This document shows positions 62,001 through 64,000 of a stretch of DNA of 64,000 bases, piece after piece. A model generated the notes under the pieces. The model did no database searches. It had not been told where the DNA came from and saw nothing but the letters and a program-made list of their open reading frames with translations. The translations under genes were made by a program, and so were the position numbers. Location: NCBI GenBank assembly GCA_030704615.1, contig CM060734.1, positions 9,300,001-9,364,000 of the forward strand, in the 5' to 3' direction. Numbering within the stretch: the stretch's first letter is position 1; every line of letters starts with the position of its first letter. This DNA comes from Takakia lepidozioides (lineage: Eukaryota > Plantae > Bryophyta).

Positions 62001-64000
62001 AGCTGCTCTTGCGCATTCGTCATCACCTGTGGACATTCTCCATCAGACCGCTTTCCTCAAAAAATACAATAAATCCATCTGATACAAGAGTAGAAGCCCC
62101 AAATGAAGCGTGGGAAAGTACCTGAAACCACCATGTCATGCGGTTCATCCACATGTCGAATGTGGGGTCGGACAGTTTGTCGGGTTTGGGGAAGCTCCAC
62201 ATGTCCCTTGTACTTTGGGAACCATTCCAGATTTGGAGCTACCGGGTCTGTCCAACCACCTAGCATATTAGTAAGCGCCAAACACCACAAAAACGAATTG
62301 CTGCCACGACATTTTTGGTTAAGAATGTATAACCTTTTCTGTTGCATCCACACATGATGTGGCTAGACGATGCAGCTTCTCCAATGTCATCATGGGCTTC
62401 AGAGCGCGGGAGTAGTGCTTCCCCACCTCCACCAGAAAGTCGGCACCAAGGGCGGGATCAGCTATGGCCATGTACTTTACCATCCGCGACTTGTACTTTA
62501 TGCAGGCCTTCGCCTTCGCAACTTTGAGATACGATTCCAGTGCTGGGAGGGTTAGTTTCTTCTCCTTTGACTCCATGTAGAACCTCCGTGCATGTGCCAA
62601 ATCTTGCTGAATTTTCGTCTGTCAAGAATGCACAGATATGATTAGAAATCCTGGTCAACACTTTATCTTCTATTGGGGAAGGTGAGACAGATAAGCTGAA
62701 CAAAACAGTCAGGAGCTTTACCCAAAATATGTAGTCCACCATGGCATCCATGCTCAGCCTATACCAGATTCTGTCTGCCTTTGCCTCCGACTTGCGCAGC
62801 AGGTCGACACTGAGCAAATTGGCAAACTCTTGCACCCCCTGCTTCTCGACATCCTTCACTCGGAAGAGCATATGGGACAAGTTGGTGGCAAAGAAGGCAT
62901 TCTCAGTCACCCTGCAATGCCACATTTCCATTAAACAATACAGAAATGAGAATTTGCAACAAATATGACGATTGGCAATGAAGTGACTGTTTCAAATTCA
63001 AAGTTCCAAAGCAAGAGGCATTGTAACTTACGAGTTGATGTCTGCCATTGCCGCTTTGAGAAGACTGCAATCTTTGGGCCCCGCAACCTTGAGCACAACA
63101 CACTCCATGGCGAAACGCCAATCCAGGACGTTGGGGTGGGCTTGGGCTATGTACTCCATCCATGCCAGGAGGCGATGATTGCCGTCCCACACGTAAAACA
63201 TCTTTCTGGACAAGTGCTGGAAAAAGGATCAGTAGCAATCAATCTCTCGAACTCCTCATTTCGCCTTTGCCAATGGGGACCCCATTTGTCCACCTCATCG
63301 GAAGTGTAGGGACGAAAAGCTCCGTGGTCGTTCTCCATGGAAACGTAAAACGTGGCAGACCCCATTCGATATCCCTCCCGGAAAGAGAATTTCAGCTTGT
63401 CGATATCGCCTGGGAGGGCAGGTCTCACCACCTGGACAAAGGGGAATCCGAAAGCTTGGCCGGGTACACCATGCCCCCTAGGACCCTGCCAATGTTGCTG
63501 TGGGTTGCCTCCAACATCTTGGCAGCGGCCAACTTCATATCCGCCTCCGACATGACGTCTGTTGCAAGGGGGGTTCTCCGGTAGCCCACCCGGACCGCCA
63601 AATCCAGCATGTATGCTCCGGGTTTGGGGCCTGGGGATGTCCGGGAGGAGGTCATCCTGGTCAGAAAGCTACCTCTCGTCGTCCTCAACATGGTCAACCA
63701 CCGCCGGAACCACCTCGAGCACTCTCCCCGTCTCTACTGCCCTCTCCCCGGCTTCACCTCGAACTTCCACAATCCGTGCTCTTTGTGGTGTTCTTTCCCC
63801 TCCTCCAGTCTCCACCATATGAGTAATTTGGTGGGCTGCTCCCACCTGCGATGGTGTAACCGGTGTGTTACTGCCTGTTTGTGGTGTCTTGGAGGGATCC
63901 ACCGTCTCTATGCGTCCCTCGCTTACATGGGCATCTGTCATTTCAACAACCCTGGCTTCTTCAGTGGCCTTTTCTGTTGCCTCCTGGCTAGCCTTATGTC
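59045..64000 (-). CDS. ParB/Srx-like domain protein with C-terminal RING-H2 finger (multi-exon, frameshifted, 5' end outside window)
   Basis: VRPALPGDIDKLKFSFREGYRMGSATFYVS, FYVWDGNHRLLAW (about 63160-63189). Introns at the same positions as in 26596-31198. Last long exon from 61056 leads to CTMC...SCGHLFHPTC......CPDC. Confidence 0.75.
61137..61716. repeat. Intronic ~145-bp tandem repeat with AAAATGGCGCCGAAT motif alternating in orientation
   Basis: Nine copies at about 61137, 61191, 61263(rev), 61337, 61409(rev), 61483, 61553(rev), 61627, 61699(rev), within intron 61057-61811. Confidence 0.9.

Larger units (their letters stand above)
55619..64000. mobile_element. Second large DNA-transposon-like element carrying the ParB-like accessory gene (left boundary uncertain, runs off the window)
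   Basis: Subterminal-type hairpin repeats, ~120-bp arrays and a spliced homologue of 26596-31198. No transposase within the window. Confidence 0.55.

Overview
This is eukaryotic DNA, most likely from a non-seed land plant (fern/lycophyte-like, inferred from the PLS-class PPR relics and the beta-tubulin type). One intact host gene is present: a 3-exon beta-tubulin (8610-10728). The rest is nested or fragmented transposable-element DNA: a Ty1/copia pol relic, several Ty3/gypsy pieces (including chromodomain and PHD-finger integrases), a Harbinger-like non-autonomous element, a 3.2-kb tandem/dispersed repeat, and a pseudogene that appears to join OSB-type PDF motifs to PPR repeats. The main find is a 10.8-kb Mutator-like DNA transposon (25643-36410; imperfect TIRs, 8-bp TSD). 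It carries a GCM-like/DDE/SWIM transposase and, divergently, a spliced accessory gene with a ParB/sulfiredoxin-type DGNHRxxA (GxxRxxA) motif. The first intron of that gene holds an array of about 16-bp CG-rich palindromes centred on CGCCGGCG. A second, diverged homologue (about 59-64 kb) has a C-terminal RING-H2 and a different intronic palindrome array. A fragment of a third homologue (48.6-48.8 kb) sits next to a third palindrome. My inference is a ParB/parS-like 'load-and-spread' module carried by plant DNA transposons, possibly for anti-silencing. This is a hypothesis from manual sequence reading; no searches were run.
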